NCBI RefSeq assembly: GCF_009914755.1
Contig: NC_060925.1
Strand: one strand, 5' to 3'
Length of the DNA: 64,000 nt
DNA from: the human T2T-CHM13v2.0 reference genome, Homo sapiens
Shown: piece by piece, positions 49,941 to 62,875 of the stretch
Layout of the letters: each line of letters opens with the position of its first letter
How positions within the stretch are numbered: position 1 is the first letter of the stretch
Program-made: the position numbers and the translations under genes
Notes under the pieces: generated by a model
The model's database searches: none
Told to the model about the DNA's origin: nothing
What the model saw: only the letters and a program-made list of their open reading frames with translations

Positions 49941-50138
49941 GCTATGATTTGCAAGTGTTCCCCAAAGTTCGTATGTTGGAAACGTAATCTCCAATGTAAA
50001 GGTGTTGGGAGGTGGGACATTTAAGATATAATTAGGTCGTGAGATCTCGATCCTCATGGAAGGATTAATGCTATTTTCAAGGGGGGTAGGTTAGTTATTG
50101 TGGGTGTTAGTTCCTAATAAAAGGAAGCATTTGGCCCC
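49940..50138 (+). mobile_element. MST-family MaLR LTR, 5' part
   Basis: tgctatgatttg...tgttccccaaagttcgtatgttggaaac; the 3' remainder is probably near 53425-53600. Confidence 0.65.
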
Positions 50139-53100
50139 CATGATGGTTAATATTAGATGATATGATTTGGCTGTGTCTCCACTCAAATCTCATCTTGAAT
50201 TCCCACATATCATGGGAGGGACCCAGTGGGAGGTGATTGAATCAAGGGGGCAGATATTTCCTGTGCTGTTCTCCTGATAGTGAATAAGACTCATGAGATC
50301 TGATGGCTTTAAAAGGCAGAGTTTCCCTGCACAAGCTCTTTTTCCCTGACATCCTTGTAAGACGTGACTTGCTCCTCCTTGCCTTCTGCCATGATTGTAA
50401 GGCTTCCCCAGCCACGTGGAACTGTAAGTACATTAAACCCCTTTTCCTGTATAAATTACCCAGTCTTGAATATGCCTTTATCAGCAGCCTGAAAATGGAA
50501 TAATAGAGTAAATTGATACCAGGAATGGGGTACTGCTGAAAAAATACCTGAAAATGTTGAAGCGACTTTGGAACTGGGTAACAGGCAGAGTTTGGAACAG
50601 TTTGGAGGGCTCAAAGACAGAAAAATGTGAGAAAGTATGGAACTTCCTACAGACTTGTTGAATGGCTTTGTCCAAAATGCTGACAGTGATATGGACAATG
50701 AAATCCAGGATGAGGTGGTCTCAGATGGAGATGAGGAACTTGTTGGGAACTGGGGTAAAGGTGACCCCCTGGTGGCATTTTGCCTCTGCCCCAGATATTT
50801 GTGGATCTTTGAACTTGAGAGAGATGATTTAGGGTATCTGGTGGAAGAAATTTCTAAGCAGCAAAGCATTCAAGAGGTGACTTGAGTGCTGTTAAAGGCA
50901 TTCAGTTTTGTAGGGGAAGCAGAGCACAAAAGTCAGGAAAATTTGTAGCCTAACAATGTGATAGAAAAGAAAGTCCCATTTCCTGAGGAGAAATGTAAGC
51001 CAGCTGCAGAAATTTGCATAAGTAATGAGGACCCAAATGTTAATCTCCAAAACAATGGGGAAAATGTCTCCAGGGCATGTTAAGAGGTCTTCATAGCAGC
51101 CACTCCCATTACAGGCCTGGAGGATTAGGAGGAAAAAGTGGTTTCGTGGGCTGAGCCCAGGATCCTCATGCTGTGTGCAACCTAGGAACTTGCTGACCTG
51201 CATCCCAGCCGCTTGAGCCAAGGTGGAAAGGAGTCAATGTAGATCTCGGAACATGGCTTTAGAGGGTGCAAACCTCAAGCCTTGGCAGCTTCCATGTGGT
51301 ATTGAGCCTGCCAGTGCACAGAAGTCAATAATTGGGGTTTGGGAACCTCCACCTAGATTTCAGAGGATGTATGGGAATGCCTGGATGCCCAGGCAGAAGT
51401 TTGCTGGAGGGGCGGGGCCCTCATGGAGAATCCCTGCTAGGGCAGTGAGAAGGGAAATGTGGGGTCAGAGTCCCCACACAGAGTCCTTACTGGGGTACCA
51501 CCTATTGGAGCTGTGAGAGGAAGGCCACCATGTTCCTATTGGAGCTGTGAGAGGAAGGCCACCATCTTCCGCAACCCAGAATGGTAGATCCACCAGCAGC
51601 TTGCACCTGCACTTGGAAAAGCTGTAGACATTCAACCCCAGCCCATGAAAGCAGCTGGAAGAGAGGCTGTTCCCTGAAAAGCCACAGGGGGAGAGCTGCC
51701 CAAGACCATGGGAACCTACCTCTTGCATCAGCGTGACCTGGATGTGAGACATGGATTCAAAGGAGATCATTTTAGAGCTTTAAGATTTGACTGCCTTGCT
51801 GGATTTCAGACTTGCATGGGGCCTGCAGTTCTTTGTTTTGGTCAATTTCTCCCATTTGGAATGGCTGTATTTACCTAATGCTTATACCCTCACTGCATCT
51901 AGGAAGTAACTAGCCTGCTTTTGATTTTCCAGGCTCATACATAAAAGAAACTTGCCTTGTCTTGGATGAGACTTTTGACTGTGAACTTTTGAGTTAATGC
52001 TGAAATGGGTTAAGACTTGGGATGGTTGGGAAGGTATGATTGGTTTAGAAATATGAGGATATGAGATTTGGTATGGTCCAGGGACAGAATGATATGTTTT
52101 GGCTGTTTCTCCACCCAAATGTCACCTTGAATTCCCACGTGTTGTGGGAGGGACCCAGTAAGAGGTAACTGAATCATGGGTACTTTTCCCTGTGCTGTTC
52201 TTCTGATATTAAATAAGTCTCACAAGATTTGATGGCTTTATAAGGTGGAGCTTCCCTGCACAGGTTCTTTTTGCCTGCTGCCATCCACGTAAGACTTGAC
52301 TTGCTCCTCCTTGCCTTTTGCCAGGATTGCAAGGTGTCCCCAGCCACATGTAACTGTAAGTCCCTTATACCCTTTTTCCTGTATAAATTAACTAGTCTCG
52401 GGTATGTCTTTATCAGCAGTGTGAAAACAGACTAATACATTAGATATCAACTTGATTGCATTTAAGGATGCCTGGATAGCTGGTAAAGTATTGTTTCTTG
52501 ATGTGTCTGTGAGGGTGTTGCCAGAGGAGATTGAAATTTGAGTCAGTGGACTGAGAGATAGAGACCCGAGATTGACATTTGAGTCAGTGGACTGGGAGAG
52601 GGAGACCCACCCTCAATGTGGGTGGGCACCATCCAACCAGCTGCCAGCACAACTGGAACAAAGCAGGTGAAAGAGGGTGGGAAAAACTGGCTTGCTGAGT
52701 CTTCTGGCTTCCATCTTTCTCCCACGCTGAATGCTTTCTTCTGTTCCTACTGCCTTTGGACATCAGACTGCAGGTTCTCTGGCCTTTGGACTCTTGGAAT
52801 CACACCAGTGGTTTGCTGGGGGCTCTCAGGCCTTTAGACACAGGCTCAAGGCTGAACTGCTGGCTTCCTTGCTTTTGAGACTGTTGGATTCAAATTGAGC
52901 CACTACTGGCTTCTTTCTTCTCCGGCTTGCAGACGGCTTATCCTAAGACTTCTCCATTTGATCACGTGAGCCAATTCTCCCTAATGAATTTCCTTTCATG
53001 TATACATATATACTATTAGTTCTTTCCCTCTGGAGAGCCCTGACTAATACAGATTTTGGTACCAGTAGTTGTTCTAGAGGAACAGAGTTTTAAGGATGGA

Positions 53101-53420
53101 TTTCTTTAGCTGGTTTTGGGGTTTCTGGAGTTGGCTGTTTAATCTGATTAGATCCAAAAATGCTAAGGACTCTATTTCTAATAGTATGGAGAACACTGAT
53201 AGTTTTTTATGTGAATTGTTTAGAGAGTTATGCAAAATAAATGCATTTGATACTCCTTATTAACTGCTCCTGAGAAGCAAGGAGTTTAGTGTCTCTATAA
53301 ATAATACCTTTGACCATATGTGGAGAACCAAGGAATATAATGAAGTTAGTTGATACTCCTAAGTTCACTGAACAAAGTGATGAAAGAAAAGGATGAGCCC
53401 AGGGATTCTAACTCCCATGG
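50139..53420 (+). mobile_element. MLT2B LTR (interrupted by THE1B) plus the start of the HERV-L internal region
   Basis: tgatggttaatattaga|...|tatcaacttgattg...ccctgactaataca (ends 53051), then gattttggtaccag internal start. Confidence 0.82.
50158..52439 (+). mobile_element. Complete THE1B-like element (LTR 50158-50507, internal 50508-52089, LTR 52090-52439)
   Basis: Two direct LTRs, a 1.6-kb THE1 internal region and 5-bp TSD ttaga. Confidence 0.93.
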
Positions 53421-53969
53421 GCAGACTTTGAGACTCTATTCAGATTTCAGCCATAAGAATTAGACATCTGTGGCCCTGAAACCACAGATACTAGTAATAG
53501 TGACTCAAAGAGTAGAAAAAAAATCACATTTCAATACTGAATCATTTTCAGGTCTGTGGTGTATAACTACACAACAAGATTCTATTATAAGCAATAGCAT
53601 GTTCCTTCCACTTCAAATTATAACCCCCATCAGTTCAATGGTAAGAATTTTTAGTAAATACAGTGGTGGGTGTATTCTTTTTGTGAGCCTAGAAGGGCTC
53701 ACTTGCTTATCTGGATGCTTTAGCCAGTCAAGGATATAGATAAGGATGCCATTGATATGAATTTGTGAGATTATTTTATCCTAGTCTCACTTCTTAGTGA
53801 GTAGACAGAACTTCAATTTCTAACATTTGTTTTATGAAAATTCCTCAACTTACCTATAAAAAAGGTGTAATCAGCTATTATTTCCTTTTAGTAATAAGAT
53901 TACATTGAAACTACTATAATACTTTAAGATAATAGACAGGAATAATATAATCATCTTATGACATATTAG

Positions 53970-53975
53970 TTTATT
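53970..53975 (-). terminator. ASPM: ASPM poly(A) signal AATAAA
   Basis: Canonical hexamer about 175 nt after the stop codon. Confidence 0.75.
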
Positions 53976-54147
53976 ACATGCATAAAACTATAAATGATAA
54001 AAATGAAGAATGTAATGAACAGTTTATGTTTTTTTAAAACAAAGTCAGATTTTAAAAGTTGTACACGGAGAGCAAAAATCACTTTACGTACTCATGATTG
54101 GCTTTAATATTTCTTTACACTATACATACTGAAAATGTTTACATTTA

Positions 54148-54250
54148 CTAATAAGGAATGCCAAGCGTATCCATCACCATTTGAATAGCTTGCAGGGGAT
54201 TTGTGATTTCTTCCATGTTATCTCTTCTCAAAACCCAATCTGGCTTAAGT
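54148..54250 (-). CDS. ASPM: ASPM exon 28 coding part ([10 protein letters not shown]...DTLGIPY*)
   Basis: 103 nt after aacag|, ending in TAG; the known ASPM C-terminus. Confidence 0.97.
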
Positions 54251-56626
54251 CTGTTAAAAAAAAAAAAAAAGTCTGGCATTAATAAAGTTCTTCTCTTTAG
54301 AGTTACCTTCACCTTTTTTCTCTTAACTAAATTGTAGCTACTCCTGAACACATCATTTCCCTTACAAACTGCTCAAAGAGGTGGGAGAACTTCATATTAT
54401 TGCCCATCACTAGTTCCAGACTATTTCTCTCCATCCTTTCTAAAAAATAATGCTGGCTTCTTTGAAGCTTATGCTATTTAGCTTGACCACTGCCTTTTGG
54501 TCATCAGCCAAACTCTCAGTGTCTTATTCCTTGTAAACCTGGTTCTTGTTCTCCTCTTACCTACTGTCACCGTTCTCAGCAACAGCAACATCTATGTGGC
54601 CAAAAAGCCAACAACCTAGTCCGTTTTTGCCCCACTTTCCTTCAATTCTACCTCAACCAATCCTTTTTAATATGATCACATACTAGACTTTGTCATCATC
54701 AGAAAGTGTGCGACCACTGAAATCTTGAGACTTCCATTCTCCATCCACCATTTCTGATTCATCCATGTCATATGCTCTAACACAGTCATTGAACCAGTTC
54801 TTCTACCCCACTGAGATCTCCACTTCATTTGGCCTCAACACATACCCAACATCCACCAGAATGCTGTCCTTACTTTCCTGTGTATCTAGCTCAGGTGCAT
54901 CAGTATTATCAAAACCTTTGCAAATGCCATTAACTGTTGTCTCTCTCTCCTACCAAACTAGTCTGAAGAATTCTACTTGGATTTCAAATTGAGTCAAAAT
55001 ATCTGCCTTCTCCATTCCTATACAGCTGCATATTACTAAAAATGTTTACACAACCAAGCTGATTTTATTTTTTGCCAATAATTACAAATCTAAAATGAGC
55101 ATTTGAAATTGCCAGCATGCTCCCTTTCTCTCCAAGATGACTATCTTGGTCCTTTCCTCTTTTCAAACTTCCCCTCCATACCCTCTGAGCTGCTTCTGAG
55201 TTGTTGAGTTTATAATCTCAAACTTATTGAGAAAATAGTATCAAACCGAGGGAGTTCATGCATCTTCTCACATAATTCCCTACTATATGCATTTCCATCA
55301 TCTTATTTTGTCCTGCTAAAAATCCAAAGATATATCAATTGGTGAGTGAACAAAGTGTGGTACGACCATACAATGGAATAGTACTAAGTGATAGAAAGGA
55401 ATGAAATTCAAATCCATGCATAAACATGAACGAATTTCAAAAGCATTATGCTAAGGAAAAGAATCCAGTCACAAAAAGCTATCTACTATATGATTCCATA
55501 TATGTGACAGTATAGAAATGGCAAAACTAAAGGTACAAAAATCAGATCAGTAGTTCCCAAAATCCAGGGAATAAAGAAAGAGAACTGACAACAAAGGGGC
55601 ATAAGGAAACTTTGTGTTACAGAAATATTTTGTATCTCAGTGGTGGTAGTTTCCTAACTGTATACATTTGTCAAAACGAATTGAATTGCATACATTTAAA
55701 GGATGCATTTATACTGTCAGTAAATTTTACCTCAAAAGCCTGACCTACATCAAAATTTTAAGAGAATCCATTCATATGTTAGTATGAGCTTTTAAAACAT
55801 AATGAATATTAAATTCTACCAAGTCCTTAAAAAACATGTAGAAATGGTCCCATTAATATATTTCAAGCAAATGAACTTTACATTATGCTGTGAAATATGC
55901 ATGCATAAAACCAATTTATAACTACATTATACAGTTTATAATTATGAGTATAATTATAAAGCTAATGGCTGTGTAACCACTCAGGTCAAGAAATAGTGTG
56001 TTGTCAATAATGTAGGATTTGTACCTAGTATAGAGAATTGCTAAGTCTCAAGAAGGAAAGAAGGAAGGAAGGGAGGGAGAGAGGGAGAAGGGGGAAGAAA
56101 AAAAGGAGGAGGGAGAAAGAAGGAAGGGAGTAAAAACACTAATTAAATGCCATGACGGTTCACCAAAATAAATTAAATCTTTTTGCCAATAAAATCAGAA
56201 AATGTCAATCTAAATTTCCAGAAGGAGAAATTTCAAGAATCAGGGTGATTATGGGAGGACTGGAGGTTGATATTTTGGCTAAGAAGGACTTTTGGCACTT
56301 CTTAAACAGTGTAGTTTGTCTTTCATGCAAAATAAAATAAATAAAATAAAATGACAAAACTTATAACAAGCTTCTTAGCCTTAGCTCTTAACTATTTAAT
56401 ATAAGAAGTTTGTTGAATAACTATTAAATGTCCAAAGCTACAGTATAATGTTATTTCTTTATTTACCAAGACTGCTTCTTTTAAATTTACCAAACATTCC
56501 ATTCTTATTCATATGTTGTTTCTCCACTGAAAAGCACATCTTGTTTATGGTAAGTGCTCAATAAATATTTGTTAAATGAATGAATGAACAGTGACACAAA
56601 TTTATGGACTATATTTAATTGCTTAC

Positions 56627-56796
56627 CTTGAAACTATTCTGGTCCTTACAGGTGTTTCTGGGATAAAAGGAATGCTTATAGAAGAATTCTTCTTTTGCTT
56701 GTAAAGTATTCTTTCAGTATTCATTTTATGTTTATGAGCTGTAAGTTTGTAGAGACTGTAAATACGGTCAACAACTTTGGACCTACTTCGTACATC
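56627..56796 (-). CDS. ASPM: ASPM exon 27
   Basis: 170 nt; tgtag| and |gtaagc; [10 protein letters not shown]...TRIVS. Confidence 0.95.
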
Positions 56797-56857
56797 CTAC
56801 AAAATAAAATGCACAGTTACTAAAAAGTAATAAGAATTAAAATTTTATCTCTTTTAG

Positions 56858-57199
<342 letters not shown>

Positions 57200-58079
57200 T
57201 GCAGTAAACTTTTAAGCTTTGAATAATCAAAGAAACCTCACCAAGTTTGGCAGGTAGATTGATTTAAATTACGAGCTAATTTGCAAGGCAATTATAAGGA
57301 AGATAAATATTCAAAAGTTGCATACTTAACTCCACACTGAATATAAGAAGGAATTATTATAGTCAACATAGCAATTATAGTCAACACACCTATCATATCC
57401 AGTTACCAAGTCTTGAAAAGTTTACCTCTGCAGTTTCCAAAGTCTTCTACTTACCTCTCAGCGACACAATCCTAAGACAAGCACAATCTCTTGCCTAGAT
57501 CACTACATATCAACACTTGCCACCTTCTTTGATGGTCTCACTATATCCACACATGCTCTCCCAAATTCATTCTTCAATCAGAAGCCAGAGTGTTGTTAAA
57601 ATTTAAATTGGAAAATATTATTCCCTTGCTTTACCCTGCAGCGGTTCCCACTTACCAGGATAAAGGCCACAGTCCAATTATGGCCTATGGTTTCCCCATG
57701 TTAATTATGACACTTAAAAAGAATGACTCAGAGGTCTCATCGTAGAAAAGCTTGAAATACAATTATGGTTACAACAGGAGGATAAGAAGTTATACCTATC
57801 TGGTTTTCTATCTTGCTAGGATACTTTTCTCTCTAGTAAATGGGAAATGGTTACTTATATGGCTGTAATAAATTTATTTTCAGAATTCAGTTTCTTTAAT
57901 AGTCAGAAAGAAACAACTCATAGATACATCCTGAATTCATTTTATCCGTGCAAAAAGCAGGTTTGAACACACATAAAACCCTATTTTAGAGTGATAATTA
58001 CTAAAGGAAAACTATAAAAGTCATAGACTTAAGACCACAGAAAAATAATCTTAAAGAAAGGCAACTGACTAATACTTAC

Positions 58080-58256
58080 AGAGGCTCTATTTGTTGTCTT
58101 CAGTAAAATAGCCAACAAACAACAAGTTTTTGTAAAAATGCTTCCGCCTTTGTCTGCAACTTTATTACCAGGCTTTTCTCGGTATATCTGCAAAAGCTCC
58201 AATAGTATATCTATACAATTTTCTACATCATAAACTGCTGAAGTAGTTTTCTCATA
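58080..58256 (-). CDS. ASPM: ASPM exon 26
   Basis: 177 nt; tcaag| and |gtaagt; [10 protein letters not shown]...TTNRAS. Confidence 0.95.
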
Positions 58257-58819
58257 CTTGAAGAGAACAGAATGAAATTAAAAGTTGTAATAAACACATA
58301 CATTTACAAACAACCCAACCAAAAAAACAAAATACAAAAGTCCATACTTAGTATAGCCAAATTTTTGGACCACCTGCAGCAAGTGCAAAGGACTTTGTGA
58401 AATAGCTTTGATATTATCATTATTTACGGATCTATCATATATGTGTATTCACATTTTAATCTTAATCTTTTCCCCCTAATTCTAAAGTTTCACATAAAAT
58501 AAATCAAATTTAAAACCTCTGAAAACAAACATCTTGAAGTCAATAAAAGCAAACTTTTAAAGATAAGACCACTTTAGTAAGAATCTCTAAGGAAAAAGAT
58601 AACTTATCTGTGGTATTATTAATCATAGGTAAGATAATGATAAAGGCAGGATCTAATTAGTTACTCTATTACATGCTCCTTGAGAGGAAGAAGAGCTTGC
58701 TCGAAAATAAAACAAAATACATATGATGCTAGTAAGTCTAGGATATATTTTCCACGCCTCATTTTTCTAATTGTATTATTAGATTCATAGTGAAATTTGC
58801 ATGGTAACAAATAATGATA

Positions 58820-59500
58820 CTAAGATAAAAATAACAAAACAACATAGCTGACCCTTTGTATGGCATGTTTATGTATTAATGTGTATTAACTCAATGTGTA
58901 TAGTAACAGTTTTGAGTACTGTTACTATACTCATTTTATAGTTGCAGAAAGTAAAGTACAGAGAAGCTAAGTAACCTATAATAAGCTACTGAGCTGGGAT
59001 TCAAACTCAAGCAGTTTGGCCTCAGATCTGTGTTCTTAACCACTACCTCTCAAAATAAAAATATTGGGTAAAGCGCTTTAAGTTGTCACTGAAAGGTTGA
59101 GTAGGAAAGAGAAATCTTTCAACCTTTGGTTGCATACAATATAGTTTGGAATAGTCCAAGGCCAAAAGACAAATTCTGATACACAGATTAACAATTACAG
59201 AGTAACTAAGTTATAGCAATATTTTTCTTTCACACACTTTGCTAGACATGATTATAATGTGGTAATACTATTTTGATATAATGCAGTAGATAACATCACC
59301 ACCTCTAAAGGCAGACAGAAATGAATCCAAATTCAACTCTACCACTTATCACACTCAGGTTCTTACAGGAGGAACCTAATTTCTATAATTATTATTATTT
59401 TTTCTCTATAAAATGGGAATAATAATATGAACTACTTTAGAGGATTATTATGAGGATTAAACAATGCATGAAAAATACTAGCATGTAGTAAGTACTTAAT
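58820..59500. mobile_element. Two MIR elements in opposite orientations
   Basis: MIR core motifs (cagagaagctaagtaac...gggattcaaactcaagcag; tataaaatgggaataata...tgaggattaaac); approximate. Confidence 0.6.
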
Positions 59501-59753
59501 AACTTTTAATCATCATTGTTTTTAATATTATTAATCATCATTGTTTTTAATATTATAAAGACTGAGGAAATAATATAAAAATTGGTACTTAAATCTACAT
59601 TTATGTTAATAAACATTTTTTCATCCTAAGACTCTTGCACATAAATGAATTTAACTTAGAGATTTAAGCCCTAGTGATGAGTAAACCCAAACTTAATTTG
59701 CAGGGGCATATTTGTTGACCAGTGAATATCTCATTAATAAAATGAAAAACTAC

Positions 59754-59908
59754 CTTAGATACATTAAGCAAGACTTGCACAGCATATCTGATGACTTCCA
59801 TACAAGGAATACTGCGATTACAACTTCGGATCAAAACAAATATTTTAGAAATTGCTCCACTCTGGGCCATGTTCTCACAACAAAGTGGAGACAATCTAGT
59901 AACTACCT
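59754..59908 (-). CDS. ASPM: ASPM exon 25 (HEAT/ARM-like C-terminal region)
   Basis: 155 nt; ttcag| and |gtagtt; [11 protein letters not shown]...LLNVSK. Confidence 0.96.
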
Positions 59909-60019
59909 CTGAAAGAAAAAAAAAACACACACACACAGGTAAATTTACAGCAACAAAATGAAGTTTTAGCTAATAATGTAGTATTACATCATTCTTTAAA
60001 CATGTTAACACAAACTAAC

Positions 60020-60212
60020 CTAGGTGTTTTAAGGCCTCAAGAATGGCAGAAAGGTGCTTATATGTCAAAAGGTAATGAAGTGCAAGTGCAGTTCTTTTGT
60101 AGAGTTTGTTTTCTTCTCGAATCTCCCTATTAACAACTTGAAGACTTAGTCGTATAGCTTTAATTTTTGTACAATCATTTTTCTTCCTCCAAGAATAGCC
60201 TCTCCATAATGC
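60020..60212 (-). CDS. ASPM: ASPM exon 24
   Basis: 193 nt; ttaag| and |gttagt; [10 protein letters not shown]...EALKHL. Confidence 0.95.
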
Positions 60213-60673
60213 CTTAAAGAGATAAAACAGAGTAATTTTAAGATTATAGCCAATGTTTTCTATTTATATCTACATCTGTTTTCACAATGTAAACATTTTC
60301 AGTAAATTTATTTGACATGATCACATACATTTCAATTAAAATCTCAAGTTCAAATAAATAGCAAAATCAACTTTCAAAAAAAGAAATACAGATAATATTC
60401 CTATATGTAAACTGGACAGCATTTATCGACCAAAGATGTCTAAATTTATTCAAAATGTTAAAATATTTTTACTTCTTGATTATAAACCTCCTCTAGAGCA
60501 TTTGAAAATAAAGAGCTTAGCAATGAAATTATGGTAGTATAGTGCTTATGAGTTATTCTACCGGCTAATGCGTTAGCTTTTTAAAATGGTAACTATGTTT
60601 TTATAGTGTTAGATATCATGTAGATGAATTGCAAACTAAAGTTTTGAACTAAAACTATACAAGTTTCAATTAC

Positions 60674-60865
60674 CTGAATTTTAATGATTCCACTAGTGAA
60701 TTTTTCCTGCTTTTTACGGAGGAGAAAATGGCGCACTGCTTTCTGTATTACTGATGCAGCCCTATTTCGCTGGCTCAGACATTCTTGACCTTCATGCTCA
60801 ATCTTTTTGATGCTATGATATTTCTGAATAAATCTCTTTTCTTGTAATCTTGCTCGAAACCATCT
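60674..60865 (-). CDS. ASPM: ASPM exon 23
   Basis: 192 nt; aacag| and |gtaatt; [10 protein letters not shown]...GIIKIQ. Confidence 0.96.
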
Positions 60866-61730
60866 CTGTTTAAAACATAGAATTTTGTTTTTCATTTCTA
60901 CTTCAGGTTTTTTTAAAAAAATATACAAATATACATTTATACATAAATGAAAGAAATAGAACAGTATATCAAGAAATCTTTCAGCTTTCCACAGAGGCAT
61001 TACTTCCCCACTCCACTTGGTGCAAAAACCTTTCCAGTCCATGTTGGGTGCCTGTGTGTGTGTGTGTGTGCACACACATGCACAGGAGTATATTTAATCC
61101 TGGACAACAATGTCTTCATTTTACAATTCTACCAAACTGCATGTATCATTCTGCATTTTTTTTACTAAATACTTTATATGTAAATGTATGTTAATGTATA
61201 TAAACAAATAGAATTCTTCTTCAAAATACATAAAGAACTCCTATAAATCATAACAAAAAAGAACAGCCAATGGAAAAACGGGCAAAGTGTATGAGAAAAA
61301 GATGTTAAAAAAAAGTACACAGATAAGAACTTGAATAACCAACATATAGAATATAATTTCAGAATCATTAGCCATCAAGTAAATCCAAAACAAAAATGAG
61401 ATGCTATTTCCCATTCATTAGAATGGCAAAAATCAGAAAGTCTTCTGATACTTTATGTTGGCAAGCATGTAGAGAAACAGGGTACCCTCAAGACTTTGCT
61501 GGCAGGAATGTAAATGAGTACAATTACATCAGACAATAATTCACAACTTTAGTACTGTGCCATAAAACATCAATCTATTTCTAACCCTCAAATCATTGTA
61601 ACAGCTATAAGGTGAAAGGCTAAATGTTGTACGACCTTAGCATAAAGCATTTGGAAATTGTTTATTACATATCAAAAATTTCTAACAGAAAAATTATATC
61701 ATATAGTTTTACTGCAAAGAAGAAGCAAAC

Positions 61731-61880
61731 CTGAATACAGATGACTGAATTAACCTGCTTGTTAGCATTCTTCACAGCCAGGTAAAGTTTATAGGCTCTT
61801 TGAATTCTAACAGCATTCAGGTGATAATATGCAGCTGCAGTGAAGTGAAGAAGTCGAATTTTGGCTCTCTGTTCTAAAAA
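61731..61880 (-). CDS. ASPM: ASPM exon 22
   Basis: 150 nt; tttag| and |gtttgc; [10 protein letters not shown]...NSVICIQ. Confidence 0.95.
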
Positions 61881-62875
61881 CTAAAGGTGAAAAAACAAAG
61901 CATATTCAAGTATCTGCCTCCTAAGTTAATCAATGAGTGTTTTTTTTTGTATAACCTCAACATCAAATTATATAAACTAGCAAGAATAAACTAATTTTTA
62001 ATCATTACAATTACTTATATTGTAATTCAAAGTAATTACAATATTGTACTATACAATATTTCCAGTAGTGTAACTCATAACTCAGAGTGTAGAAAGCAAA
62101 ATTATATTTTGGGTACTTTACTAAATAACCATAGCTTCTAATTCAACTAGACTGCCCTATTAGAGAAGGGTATAAATATTAAACTCAAAAAATGTTACAG
62201 AATTCCAAGCAGAACTCTTGGAAATGGTGATATTAAATCAGAAAAAGTATATGAATTAACTTCTCTACTATTAAATAGTACAGTGCAACTCCAGCATAAG
62301 ACCCTGCAGAAGGAGCTTTCTACAGTTGCTGTTGGGCTTCAGACTTTCACTTGATGTTTAATAAACAAAATACAAACATTCCTCCTATTTAACTTCAAAT
62401 CAAATTGTTTTGTCTATGCCAGTACTTCACATATTGTAAGCTTGAATATCATGACCTCCCTAAAAATAATTCTCTCTTGCTGAAGATGTGGAAGCTGTCA
62501 CAGGAATGCTGGTTGCAACACCTCAAAAGTTGCTTGGTGGTGGCAAAAAGCTACTAGAATAACATTTAACCTCTTTCACATATGGAGCCTCTCTCTCATA
62601 TTTTCAGTTCCTTTGTTAAGATTCATTACAAAAGAGAAATTTTATTTTGCGTCTTTGGTGGTGAACCCCTGTGAGAAATAGTAGGACTAGGTTCAGAGAA
62701 AAAAAATTTGACAGTCAGTGCTCTTGTCACTTACCTTTCTAGCAGCTGAATTAATTCAAGTTAATGGTCATATTAGTTCTGAAATTATTCTCTAAAATCC
62801 AAAGTTTCTTAACACTATTTAACATCAAGTGCTTTCATTTTATAAGAATGAGATATGCTACTTGAAAATACTTAC

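Noticed and set aside
50456-52118. 100-137 aa ORFs in the THE1 internal region
   Set aside because: Chance or decayed MaLR internal frames with no intact retroviral gene
60593-61075. 160-aa ORF as an independent gene
   Set aside because: It is ASPM exon 23 read through into flanking intron sequence
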